Below, piece by piece: positions 52,231 to 64,000 of a DNA stretch of 64,000 bases; within the stretch, counting starts at the first letter, position 1; every line of letters begins with the position of its first letter. Source of the stretch: Camelus dromedarius (Eukaryota). The position numbers and the translations under genes are program-made. The notes under the pieces are model-generated. The model had not been told where the DNA came from, did not search any database, and worked only from the letters and a program-made list of their open reading frames with translations. Location of the stretch: the NCBI RefSeq assembly GCF_036321535.1, contig NC_087437.1:40736001-40800000 (forward strand), in the 5' to 3' direction.

Positions 52231-54649
52231 AATATTTTTAAGTGCCTTTCACCTGCTGAAGACATTTTCTTTAAACTTTGTGTGGTTCTAGAATGCTACT
52301 GTCCCCCGCCCTTGAACCTAGTAAACCAACGGTTGCTGTCCTTGGTGCTGAAACAGCTATTTCTGTGTGGGTAAAGCAGATCATATAAACAATGCTAGTT
52401 TTTAAAACTGGAATTAGAGAATGAAGATATTTACCTAGACGGCAGGCTAAGTAGAATGTGGGCAGGTTCTGTTTTGACTAATAGAGAAGGAAGTGTTTGT
52501 GAGCAGTCATCACTGAGAAACAGAGCACAGGTCCTTCATTGTCTAATTTTATGATTCACTGGCTCCAAGGAAGGCTCAGCACACTAGTGTGGGGGAAGCA
52601 CAATGAGTGGAGGTGCTCTCTGCCTCCATGTCCTGATGCAGCAAATGACATAGTTATGTGTAGGCAGCTGTGGGGTGGGTGTCTGGAAACACAAAGTACA
52701 GCAGCTGTTCCTGATCCCACTTTCCCAGCAGCTGTTGTCAGGGTTGTGGCCGAGACTGTCTTTGTAAATGCACCAATTCTGGGTATACATTAAAAAAAAA
52801 AAACAACAACATTTAAATATGGAGCTGCTTTCTATCCCTTAGTCAGATAATGTCTAGATTCTTCTGTCCCAAAGGGCTTGTATCTGTTTCTTTTCTCAAG
52901 AGCAGTGTGGAGACAGCACAGTCAGTTCCAGACAGACCTGGAAGCTCAGGTTATTTGTTTGCCAGCTTTATGATTTTAGGAAAATTAATTCTCTAAACAT
53001 TGGTTTGCTAATCTATAAAATGGAATAAGGAGTTTAACTTGTGGGATTGTAGTGAGACTTTTCAGGTATAGCACTTGTAAAGTACCAGCACAGTTCCTGA
53101 CTAATAAATTGTGTTATTAAACTTAAATATTACTATTCCTAGTAAGGTTTTGTTTGTTTGTTTGTTTTTTCTCTTGGTGATGAGTGTGTGGGTAGAGAAT
53201 TAGAAGATACTACCTTTCAAATAGGATCCAATATAGTCTCATTGCAGGTGGGTCTGGAGCACCTTTATTTCTTTTATTCTTGCTGGGAAAGGAGCCGACT
53301 AGTAGGTATATGGCAGAGACTAGGGCAATCAGGAATGAACTCATTATGGCTTTGAAGCTAATTTCCCATTCAAGTAGTCTAAAACGAGTTCACCATTCTT
53401 GGATTTCTTTTTCTTCTCTTGTATTCTGGAGCACAGAATTGAGTATGTTATACCTATTCCTAAGTTCACACCTCCCTGTCTCCTGAGTCCATGCCTTATT
53501 ATCATCATTGGTTCAAAGAAATTCCTTCCTTTTTTTATACTTTATTTCAATATTTTCTCCCCTTTTTCTCTAATCCCAACCCTTCTTTCCTCTATCACTC
53601 AAAGATACCCACTCTTGCTTAATTTATGAATATTTTTCTATTTTACTATTCATATGTCTACTTACATATATGTATATAAATGAAAACATATAGTATTGTT
53701 TTGTTTTTTTTAATATACAGAAATGGCATTTTGTCAGAAAACTCATTTGTTTCTTATTCAAAAGCTCAGAATTATGTTTTGAGCTTCATTTTCATTGCAA
53801 TATGCAGCTCTAGTTCATTCTGTCAGATACCTGCGTAGATTTCCTTCTTATGCATCTATTGAATTTTACTTATGAAATCCTCTGGTGGTTGTTGACTCTT
53901 ACTTTTTACTATTTCAAACCAATTAATATTAATTTACATGTTTCCTTGTACACTTGTCTGAGAGTTTCTGTGATTATACATCCAGGAGTGGAATTACAGT
54001 TGTCAAGTACACACATGCTTTGTAGGCTTGGCTGCTTTAAAAATGGCTGCTCTTCTTTGCATTTCCACTAGCAGTGTAAGAGGGTTCTCTTTTCACACAT
54101 CCTTATCAGCACTTCATATTATCTGCTTTTTTTTTTTTTCGCCAATCTTATGTATGTAAAGTGGCATCTTTCTATTGCTGTATTTGAGTTTCTCTGATTA
54201 CTGGTGAGGTTGAACATTTCTTTACATAGTTATTAAATAATTGTGTTTCCTTTACTGTGAATTTTTATTAGTATTTGACTACTTCCCTGTTTGTATTGCA
54301 GAATTCTTTATGTATTTTAGATATTAATCTATTGTTAGTCATGAACATTATAAACATCTTCTCTCAGACCGTCACCTCTCTGTTAATTTTGTCTATCGTG
54401 TCTTTTTAATGACACTGTAAAAAATCTTTTGAATAGAATAATTGAATTTTACCAAAAATATTAGATTGTGTTATAGTTGGAATATAACATAGGTATAAAA
54501 ATTTGTACAAATCATATGTAAGCTCAATGGTTTATCGTAAAGAGAACATTCCTATGTTCATTGTTCAAGACAAGTAGAACATTATGAATGTCTCCCTTTT
54601 GCTCCCTTTTCTTTACTAACCCCTCTTTCTTCCCTAAAGTTAACAATGG

Positions 54650-55205
54650 TGTTATATATTTCTCTATAACAAATTTCCCCAAACTTAGTGACTTAAAATA
54701 ATAAACATCTATTATCTCATAGTTTCTGAGTATCAGGAATCCAGGGGCAGCTTAGCTGGGTGGTTTGAGCTCAGGTTCTCATGAAACTGTAGTCAAGGTG
54801 TAATCAAGGACTGTAGTCATCTGAAGACTTTACTAAGACTGGGTGATCCGCTTCCAGAAGGCTCACTCATACGACTATTGACTGGAGTCCTCAGTTCTTC
54901 ACTGGCTGTTGTATGAGGCCTCAGTCCCTCACCAATGAGCCTCACCCTAAGGCTGCTCAGAATGTGTTAGCTAACTTTCCTAGAGTTGGAGTGGGGCAGG
55001 GTGGAGGGAAGAAGAGGGAGAGGAGGAAGAGCCATAGTGACTTCTTCTGACCTAGTCTCTGAAGTCACACATCATCATTTTCACTTTATTCTATTTGTTG
55101 GAAGCTAATCTCCTAGTCCAGCCCACACTCAAGAGGGGGAGAATTAGACTCCTCCTTTTAAAGGGAGGAATATAAAATAATTTTTAAAAAACATTGCTAA
55201 AACAA
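54650..55205 (-). mobile_element. MLT1F-like MaLR solo LTR inserted in L1
   Basis: taacaaatttccccaaacttagtgacttaaaataataa...ggaatccaggggcagcttagctgggtgg...gaagtcacac...agtccagcccacactcaag. Confidence 0.75.
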
Positions 55206-57747
55206 CCTTTAATTCTAATATCATTTCATTTTTCTTCTTTGTGAACTTTATAGGAATAGAATCATACAATATACATTCTGTATCAGGCTTCTTTCATTCA
55301 AAATTATGTTTATGGGATTCATTTTTAGTATAGCAGTATTCTGTTCATTTTAATTTCTGGATAGTATTCCATTATATAAATATATCACAGTTAATTTATT
55401 CATGGACATGAGTTGATTCTAGTTTGAAAATAACACTGCATGAGTGTTCTTGGACATAACTCTTGGTGCACATATGTATGCATTTCTTATGGGTATGTAC
55501 TTTCGAGTAAATTCCTGGGTCATAGAATATGCATATATTCAATATTAGTAAATGATGCCAGGGAGTTTTTCAAAGTGGTTATATTGATTTAAATTTCTAC
55601 CAGCAGTGTATGAGAGTTCCAGTTATTCCACATTTTTGTTAACACTAGGCATGATCAGTTTTTTTTAAATTTAGTCATTCTAGTAAATGTATGGCAACAT
55701 CTTATTTTAGTTTTAATTTGTATTTTCCTGATTACTAATGAAATTGAGCTCCTTTTCATTCATTGACCATTTAGATAACTTCTCTTGTAAATTGTCTCTT
55801 CAAGTCCCTTGATCACTTTGTTTTTACTGAGTTGTTTATCTTTTTCTTATTGATTTATGGGAATTCTTAATACATTTTCATTATATGAATTGAAAATGTC
55901 TTTTCCCACTCTGTGGCTTGTTTTCTTCATTCTCTTAATGGCATCTCTTGATGAATAGAAGTTTTTTTTTACTTTAGTCCAATTTTTCAATCACTTCCTT
56001 TGTTATTAGAGCTTTTTTGTATCTGTTTAATTGATCTTTCTCTATCTCATACTATGAAGATATTAGTCTATATTATCTTCATTAAATTTTAATGTTTTAT
56101 TTTCTCCAGATAGATCCTCAATCCATTTGGCATTGATTTTTGTGTAAGGTGAAGTAGGGGTCATTTCATTTTTTAAAACATTTAAATAAATAATTGACTC
56201 AGCATTGAAAAGATTATTCTTTCTCACTACTCTGCAGTGTCATCTGTGTTATACTCCAAGCATCCACATGTGTGGGGGTCTGTTTCTAGACTCTGTATTT
56301 CATTGATCTATTTATCTATCCCCAAATCAATACTATGTTCTATTAAAAACTGTGTCTTCATATGTCTTGAATCTATTCAATTACTTCCTTTTTAATAATT
56401 TATGATTTTTGCTTATTCTTGACACTTTGCACTTCTTTATTAGATTTGGAATCATCTTGTTCTACTTAGAATTTTAAGTTGGATTGCATTAAATACTGAG
56501 ATCAGTTTTGGGGAGGCTCATTTTATTTGCAACATGGAGTATTCTAATCCACAACATGCCTTACATTTATTTAGATATTCTGTTACTTATTTCACTAATG
56601 TTGGTACAGGTCTTGAGCATCTTTTGTTAAAATTATTCCTAGGCAATTGAAATATTTTCTAATTATTTTGCTTATATATAGAAATACTACTGATTTTCAA
56701 AATAGTGACTTGGTATCCAGTAACTTTGCTAAATTAAGTTATTAATTCTAAAAGTCTACACTACTGTATCATGGGCAGATAACAACAGTTTCACTTTTAT
56801 TTTCCAAACTTATACATTTATTTATTTACTTACTTACTTATTTACTTATTTATGCATTGCACTATCACTTCCAGTACAATGTGTAATAGGAGGAATGGTA
56901 GCAAACATGCTTTTTCTATTTCCAATCTCAGAATTTGAAATTTATGCCTAGTTCTTTGTATTTACCTTCATATTTAGGTATTTAATCCACATGAGGCATT
57001 TTTTTAAAAAATATCATGAGAAGTAGGAATTCCACTCAATTTTTTCTACATATTGATATTTTTTCCCAGTGCCATCTTCTAAATAATATGTTCTTTTGCT
57101 ATTGATTTGACCTGTCATTTTGACTATGTACCAGGTAAACAATGAAGGCTACTTATATCAGTATGGGAGTGATAAATTTGGTGGGACAGCCAGATTCTCG
57201 GTATTTTTTGAAAGACCTTTTTTCTAATTTAAGTGTTAATACAACCCACAAATACAGAAAAGAGTGCACATACTCTGAGTGTGACAGGAGAGTGATGAGG
57301 GTTTCTAAATGTTTTCTTGGCTAAAGAGTACTTCATTCTTATCATAGATACTCTTTGTAAGGAAGGGCAGCAGTTCACTATAAATCTGCTTGATACTAAG
57401 AGTCGAGGCAATAATGGATAACCTCCTGACACTATCATATGAAGTTGTTCGTGTGCATCTGATCTGTTGGCAAAGAATAGCAGAGGAAATGTATATCTAT
57501 GCATGCAGGCTGCTCCAAAAGGAAGCTAAATAAGTTCTTTTCCTGAAAGCTTTAAAAAAAATATGAATAGGTGTTGGACTCTGTCGAATGCCTTTTATGC
57601 ATCCACTGAGATATTTGTGTGGGTTTTCATAGGTAGCACTATAATGTGGTATTGATAGATTTTCTAATATTCCCTGCATCACTGTGTTTAACCCTTCATG
57701 ATCATGATAATGTTATATGTAATATGTTATTCAGTTCAGTTAGCTAA

Positions 57748-58219
57748 TGTAGTAGATGCTATTTGTGCCCTGCTCATATCCACTTGGGATGAACCACTTC
57801 TGTGCATGCTGAGCCAACTACCAGTATCTGTGATTCTTGGCCTGAGAGTTTTCTCTAGTCACTGGAACCTCCTCTGTCTGTACAGGTCAGGCTGCAAGTA
57901 CCAGAGAATTAACACTTTTCCTATCCCAGGAGCAGCCCTCAACCAATGGCTGATGGAATTGAGAAGATAAAGGACCCTATTTCCATGCCCCTTGGGAGGG
58001 ATAAAACTGAGACATGTGTTCTACATTGGTTCCTGCTAACCTAATGGATTAAATGCAAGTTGCCCATAATAGTAACTTGCTTGAAAATGCACTTGCTTCT
58101 TTCTTTCATCCTCTTACTTCACACACTTACTGGTATTTCGTTGAGTCCCCTTCCAAATAAATCATTGCCCATGAATCCTTATCTTAGGGTCTGCTTCTGG
58201 GGTATCCCAAAATAAGGTA
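57748..58219 (+). mobile_element. LTR16-like ERVL solo LTR
   Basis: Starts TGTAGTAGATGCT, has AATAAA near 58156, and ends gggtctgcttctggggtatcccaaaataaggta; 5-bp flanks GCTAA/ACTAA. Confidence 0.75.
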
Positions 58220-58627
58220 ACTAACATTTTCTTTTGCATTTTGTATCTATGTTCAGAAGTAAAATCAGTCTGTAATTTTTAAATCTTATATTGCCCTTTT
58301 CCAATTTTATTATGAAGGTTCTACAATCCTAATAAAGTTAGTTTGATAGCTTTACTTTTACCCCTTATATTAGAGAGTAATTATCTATTCTTCAAAAGTT
58401 CAGTAAAACTCATACACAAAACCATCTGGGTATGATGTTTTGGGGGAGGAAAAAGGGAGCTTTGATTGCAATCATAATTTCTTTAATAGCAATTGGTTTA
58501 TACAAATTTTCTATTTCTTCTGTGTCAATTTTGCCATATTTTATATAATGAAAGAAAGTTATTCATTTTATCTAGGATTTCAAATATACTGATTTATAGT
58601 TGTTCATAACAGTCATGTAAGTGTTAC

Positions 58628-58818
58628 AGTGAAGCTGGCTTATACTGGTTAATGAGAGATGATGATTTTTAAATTTTCAGAAACTCCATGAGTGGTTAAT
58701 GTCACCTTGGTAATTGGCCATGGTGGGAATATTTACATCATGGAAACTGGCAAACACCACGTATTAGGAATTTTTTTTTCCTGGTGAACTGATAGTTATA
58801 ATTACCAGCACACCACTG
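58628..58818. mobile_element. MER63A-like hAT element
   Basis: ggccatggtgggaatatttacatcatggaaactggcaaac and terminal ttaccagcacaccactg. Confidence 0.75.
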
Positions 58819-58829
58819 GCTATTCTCAC

Positions 58830-59920
58830 ATTTCACTGGTCCCTTCTTCTCCATCTCCTTTATTGATTTCTTCTCTTTTCCTTGACTCAACATTTCAGTG
58901 TCCCATTGCACAGTCTTTGGTCCCCTTCTCTTCTCTGTCTACACGGACTGGCCCTGGTGATCTCATCTAGTCTCAGGGTTTTAAAACCCACCCGTATTCC
59001 CATAAGTCCCAAATTTATATCTCCAGCAGCCTGGACCTTCTCCTAAATACTAGACTCATTTGGCTGGTTGTCAACTCAACATCTCTTCCTTGCTATCTAA
59101 TAGACATCTTAAATTTAACATGATCAAAACCGACTTCCTGATATGTTCCCTCAAGCCTGCTCCCCTGGCAGGCTTCCCATCTCAATCATTGGCAACTCCA
59201 TATTCTAGTTACTCACGCTGAAAGTCTTATAGTCATTCATGATGTCTGTCTTTCTCTCATACCCTACATACAATCTGTTAGAAAATCATGTTAGCTGTAC
59301 ATTAAAATATACACAAATCTGCCAATTTCTCATTATTCTACCCTAAGTCCCCACTATCTCTTAACTGAATTATTGCCATAGCTTTCTAACAGGTTTCCTT
59401 ACACCCACACTTTCCCTCCCTAGAATGTATCATCAAATCCTTCAAGTAGCTGGAATGATCCTTTTGTCAGCATCAGGTCATGCTACTCCTCTGTTCAAAA
59501 CTTTCTGATGGCTCCCAGTTTCACTCAGAGTACAAGCCAGAGTCCTTTGTGATGGGCTTCACTTTACCTCTCTGACCACATCTCCTACTAAATTCCCCTC
59601 CCCTCAAGGCCTACTCCAGTCACACTGATCTTTTCATTCTTCTTCTTCAAAAAAAAGTCACAAAACCCACAAAACAACAGGCAAGCTCCTCCCTCAGGGC
59701 CTCTGTCTGAAATGCTCTTCCCCCAGGTAACTACACAGCCTACTTCCTCACTTGATTCAAAAAAATATGTTATATGATCATTGTTTATGTTTCTCCCCTC
59801 ACTGTAATCTTAGCCCTACAAGGGTAAGAATTTTTCTGCTTGTTCACTGACACAGCCCAACAGTGAAGCAGAAGATTGCCGGACATACTGGGGTGCTCAG
59901 TATACATCTGCCGAATTAGT
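58830..59920 (+). mobile_element. L2 (L2a-like) 3' ~1.1 kb
   Basis: ggtgatctcatctagtctcagggttttaaa...cccaaatttatatctccagc...atcttaaatttaacatg...tgttcactg...gtgctcagta. Confidence 0.85.
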
Positions 59921-60419
59921 CAAGATATGACCTTGCTGCTCTTGTTGAGTTAGGTTCAGGGCTATACCTAGTCTCTCCAGGGTGGTCTCGGGTCACACAC
60001 TGTCTGTGCTGCCATGTTGCACCTTCTGAGAGGAGCTTCCATGGTGTCCTTTCCTCTGACTGGAGGAAGCAGACCTAGTGTTCTTAGAAAAATAACAGGC
60101 AGTTGGAACCACTCCATCCCTTCTTCACCATCTGTAAGTGTGAGATCCTGCTTGCAATGAAAAGAAACTTTATTCTTCTCTGGCTGAGAACCCCACTCTC
60201 CTCTGGGATCCCCCAAATTGGGACTGAGATTGGAGATTGGAGAAGGCAGATTTAAAGTTTGGGTAGGTTTACCTGTGCTTACCAGCCTATATTCCCTGAA
60301 TTAATGGTCTCTATTTAAAGAAAAAAGAACCTACTTTTAATTCCACCCCTGAAATTAGAAAGTTAGTCCTTAATCAGGCAAATACAAACAGGTAATGATT
60401 CAGAAATGGGTTTAACAAT

Positions 60420-61697
60420 TTATTGAGGAGATTCAACTCAGTGGAGTATAACAGTTTTATTTTTTGCAATTACCTCTTTAAACTATGCTCTGATAAGTCC
60501 TCCATTTCCTGTTTCTTAACAGCATCTTCAGCTGATTCCATAACTTTCTTGTCACTCTTGCTAATGAAAAGTCCAGTTCAATTTCAAAGTCTATTAAAGC
60601 TCATCCTCTCTCCTCCCTGCAGCACAGGCCGGAGCAGTGACCTCTGGATTTTGGAAGCAGAGGGGAGATGCACACATCCTGCCCTCTCCTCTACTAGGTC
60701 TCCATCTTCTGGGGTATTAGCAGGCTGGAAGGAGAGATGGTGCAGGCAGAGGTCATCTTACATCACTGGCCACATGAGTGTGGCAGGGAGATGTCCCTGA
60801 ACAAGCCCTGTTTTGATATGGTTCTGTTTGATGCTGGTGGCCTGGTTTTGCACGAATACCATTCAAGGTATTTTTTGAGAGTGGCATCAAATTTTGTCTG
60901 ATTCCCTCCTCATTCCACCCTTGGTACCAAGAATCCCTCAGTGAGAGACAACTGGGTCTCTTTTTGGTCTGGCTGGTGGTCTGGGTCTTTGCCCTCCTCT
61001 CCTGATAGGGCATCACTTCACGTGGCCCAGTGGCTGCCTTGACAACCATATGTCTCCTCCCTCCTGCTGCAGTTTCTATGCTCCTTGCATGATGTCATCA
61101 GAACCCCCGAGGTCTGTCCCACACCCTCTGAGAGTCCTGGGGGCCTGGGCTGAGGCTGTCCCAATGATCATTTCCTTACATGTCATGATACATTATAGTT
61201 CTGTCTCATTCTGATAACCTTCCTTTAGAAATATCCAGACAAGAAGCAAGTGCCAGTCTCTAGATTCAGGGTTATCTCCTCTCCCCATCAGTTGACTGTC
61301 AAGATATCCTAAGAATTCTGTCATCACACATTGGCCCTCCCTGGAACGCAATGTCAGAGCAGGATTTAGATCCCATAGCTCAACAAGCATACATCTGAGG
61401 GTGAGGTAACAGCATCACTTCTTGTGAGCACCTCCAGTATCCATGAAAGGTTCCCTTGGAGCCTCCTCTCCAGCATGTGGCATGAGGAGATGTGGCAGCT
61501 GTAGGTAGATGTTTCCTTTCCACAGTAGAGAGATGTCTGGGAAGGAGCTTCCCAACCAGGGACTACAATTCCCAACCCCTTTGTGTCTAGGCTGTCTCCT
61601 CCTACAACTGCCCAGTGGAAGCTTGAGAAAGTTTCAGGAGAGCACAATCATCCCCACGGGAGCCCTGCCTAGATGTGAATATAATGTTGCTGTACAG
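60420..61697 (-). mobile_element. Possible ancient Gypsy-type (MamGypLTR-like) solo LTR
   Basis: The reverse complement starts TGTACAGCAACATTAT and has gactttgaaattgaactggactt and AATAAA near the far end; family assignment from memory only. Confidence 0.4.
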
Positions 61698-63917
61698 CAG
61701 GTCTGATGCCTCAGTTTCCTTACAGCCTCCCCTCCTTGGAAGCACTAAAGCAGAGGAGGGAAGAACAAGTGATGACAGTGTGGAGTTTCGTGCTGCCCAG
61801 GCGCTTTCCAGATGCTCTCTCTGGCTCGGCTTAGTGGGAGCTGGTGCAATCTTGTAGACAGGCAGTGGCTGGAATGTTGGGCCAGCGTTCCAGTCCCAGC
61901 TTCCTCCTCACTCCTGGAGTAACTGGGAAATCCCAGATTGGATGTAGGTGCCTCCCTGTAGGAAGGGGAGTGGTCCAAGTGCCTCTCATTTGAAACAAAT
62001 AGGTGTTCTAATGAAAACCGGACAGAGCCTTCAGACAGGATGGAGTTTTGCTACTTAGATTGACTGGTTAAGTCAGGTCAGCAGGGAGAAGCAAAGAAAC
62101 AGACAAACAAAACAACCTGTGTGAAGAGCTTGGCTCAGCTAATCCAAAAACAGGTCTGATGTTGCTGGGTTTGTTTTTTTTTTTCAAACACCTGTGATAT
62201 TTTTCCTCCAGGGATTTAAACTGTAAAAATGGAGTTGGCAACCTCTCTTTGAATTTTCCCCTAGGATTCTGTGCTTCAGGGAAAACCCAGCCTGGGTCAA
62301 TGGCCTGGAGAATTGTCCTGAAGAGTCACCTGCCCTGGCATCTGTCACAGGGACCAGCAGTCAGGGGGCAGCCCTGCTGCCAGGGACAGAGAGCAGGGCA
62401 GACTGAGTCTGCTGTTAGCCTGTGACCATGGAAAGGAGACCTGTGTAGTCAACCTGCAGGACACCAGCACCATCGTTTGTTTTGCTTTTAAACTCTGTTT
62501 GAGCCACTATGTAATCTGCCCCAAGTGATTGATCGTTTTGAGGAACTGATTGGCACTTGAGTTTCTTGGGTCTCTTTTTTGTGTTCCTGGAATTCAGAGC
62601 ACCAAAAATATCATTTTACTCTGTCTCATGTTATATCCTTTTGAGATGTCTACAACATAGGCATTTTGTAGAAAACCTAAGGGTCAACACTAATATAGAA
62701 CTGACTTTAAAAAAGCAAGAGGACACCAAAATTCTCTTTGTTCCACAAAACGTATATTTACTCCCGCTATATTTATCAGCGAGCGTTTCACTCACTGTGT
62801 GTCACCATTTGAGGGAACAAAGGCATCTTTCTGGCTCTAGTAATCTCAGGATACCCAGTGGCTATAGTGGGCTTGGCCTGCCGACCAGCTCCAATGAACC
62901 TGGTTTTTGTTTCAGTTTTCCATTTTGTTTATTCCTCCACTGTAGTAATAGCCAGCATTGGAAGAGGGCCTCACTGCTCCTACAGCGCTGTTACATGCAC
63001 TGCCTAATCAAACCCTCGCAGTATCTACAGAGTACGTTGAGCAGAATATTAGTAGGAGCCCGTCTGTGGCGAGTCACATACTGGTTTCACCATCATATCA
63101 CGTGGATCTGGTTGCCTTGGTGTGGTTCTGGGTCATACGCTTTTTTTACCTATAAAAAGGGTGTACAAAATGAGACAAAAAGTAGGAAAGAAAGAAAAGG
63201 AGGAGACATTGGGTAAGAGAAAGCAGAGAATGAAGATAGGTCGGGGTGTTAAAGTAACGCCTAAGTGTTTAACCAACTGGGAGGCTCAGCTGTCGGAGTT
63301 GAACACTCCATCAGGTGGACTTGCCGACTCCCTTCTCTGACCTATCACAAGGCCAGAAATGACCTGAGCATCTCGTGGGGGCACTTACTTCAGTATCTGC
63401 TGCCTGAGCTGATTACCATGGATGATTTATAACACTTCCTCCTGAATGGAGGAGTTCTTGTATTTTTATATGTATGAATCTCACTTGCCTGTTCTTGTCA
63501 TAAAATAACTGGTAACAAATAACGCCTTCCGACAATCTAATTTTCTCTTGCCTAGACAATTTCAAATAGCATTAGGGAGAATATTTTTCCACTAAATTGA
63601 TTGAATTAGTGAGTTGCTTTGGTAACATGCCTACTGTATTATAATTTAGTGAACTAATTGTTTTCCCAAACTCAGGGAAGGTAGACCCTTGCTCTGTGCA
63701 CAGCACCAGTGGCAAAGACTAACTGTTGCTTTCTCCCTCGTGTGTTCTGAATTTTTTTTTAAAAAATAGGAGATTGTCTGGAAATCTCTAGAAAATCATG
63801 CCACATTAGCTTCTATATTATTATTCACTTTGATATTTAATTATTTGCTGCCTTTAACATTGTTTCAAGCATCTATGGCTTAGCTCACTGACTCAACTGA
63901 AAACTCAAGGACAGGGC

Positions 63918-64000
63918 TGTGGACTAAATTATGTCTCCCTGAATCCATATGTTGAAGCCTTCAAAATGTCACTGTATTTGGAGAAAAGGCCTTTCAAAGA
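63918..64000 (+). mobile_element. 5' start of an MLT1A/B-like LTR (runs off the window)
   Basis: tgtggactaaattatgtctccc...atatgttgaagcc...ctgtatttggagaaaaggccttt. Confidence 0.7.

Larger units (their letters stand above)
53490..58620 (-). mobile_element. Block of ancient nested L1M fragments, interrupted by LTRs
   Basis: Multiple antisense L1 3' UTR/ORF2 motifs (ccactagcagtgtaagagggttc; ctaccagcagtgtatgagagttccag; tgtcgaatgcctttt; aaaccatctgggt). Confidence 0.75.

Noticed and set aside
60753..61049. 98-aa ORF considered as a homeobox retrocopy
   Set aside because: No WFQN or other homeodomain motif was seen; the region looks more LTR-like
62557..63216. 219-aa ORF
   Set aside because: Non-ATG (TTG) start, no recognisable domain, and composition typical of random non-coding translation

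Overview
Mammalian (eutherian) genomic DNA, most likely from a camelid: a Vic-1-like tRNA-derived SINE sits at ~5.4-5.55 kb, and several L1 3' tails are of cetartiodactyl type. I recognised no host protein-coding exon. The only clearly protein-derived ORF is the C-terminal part of LINE-1 ORF2 (13059-14531), in a relatively young, 5'-truncated L1 that inserted into an older L1 with a 21-bp target-site duplication. The functional core is a CpG-rich promoter region at ~33.8-35.5 kb. It contains a probable non-coding first exon on the minus strand with two candidate donors, an abutting STAT/E-box pair, an (AC)22 tract, and a near-consensus REST/NRSF RE1 silencer at 33954-33974. This suggests the 5' end of an unidentified neuron-restricted gene whose first intron runs leftward. 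A second promoter/enhancer-like module (GC box, CACCC, MEF2/TATA, GATA) lies at ~9.0 kb. The rest is mostly old interspersed repeats (MIR, L2, L1M, MLT1, LTR16-like, hAT and Tigger elements), with a G-rich minisatellite at 40.77-40.97 kb. I found no evidence of a novel biological system. Repeat family names come from recalled consensus sequences and most repeat boundaries are approximate.
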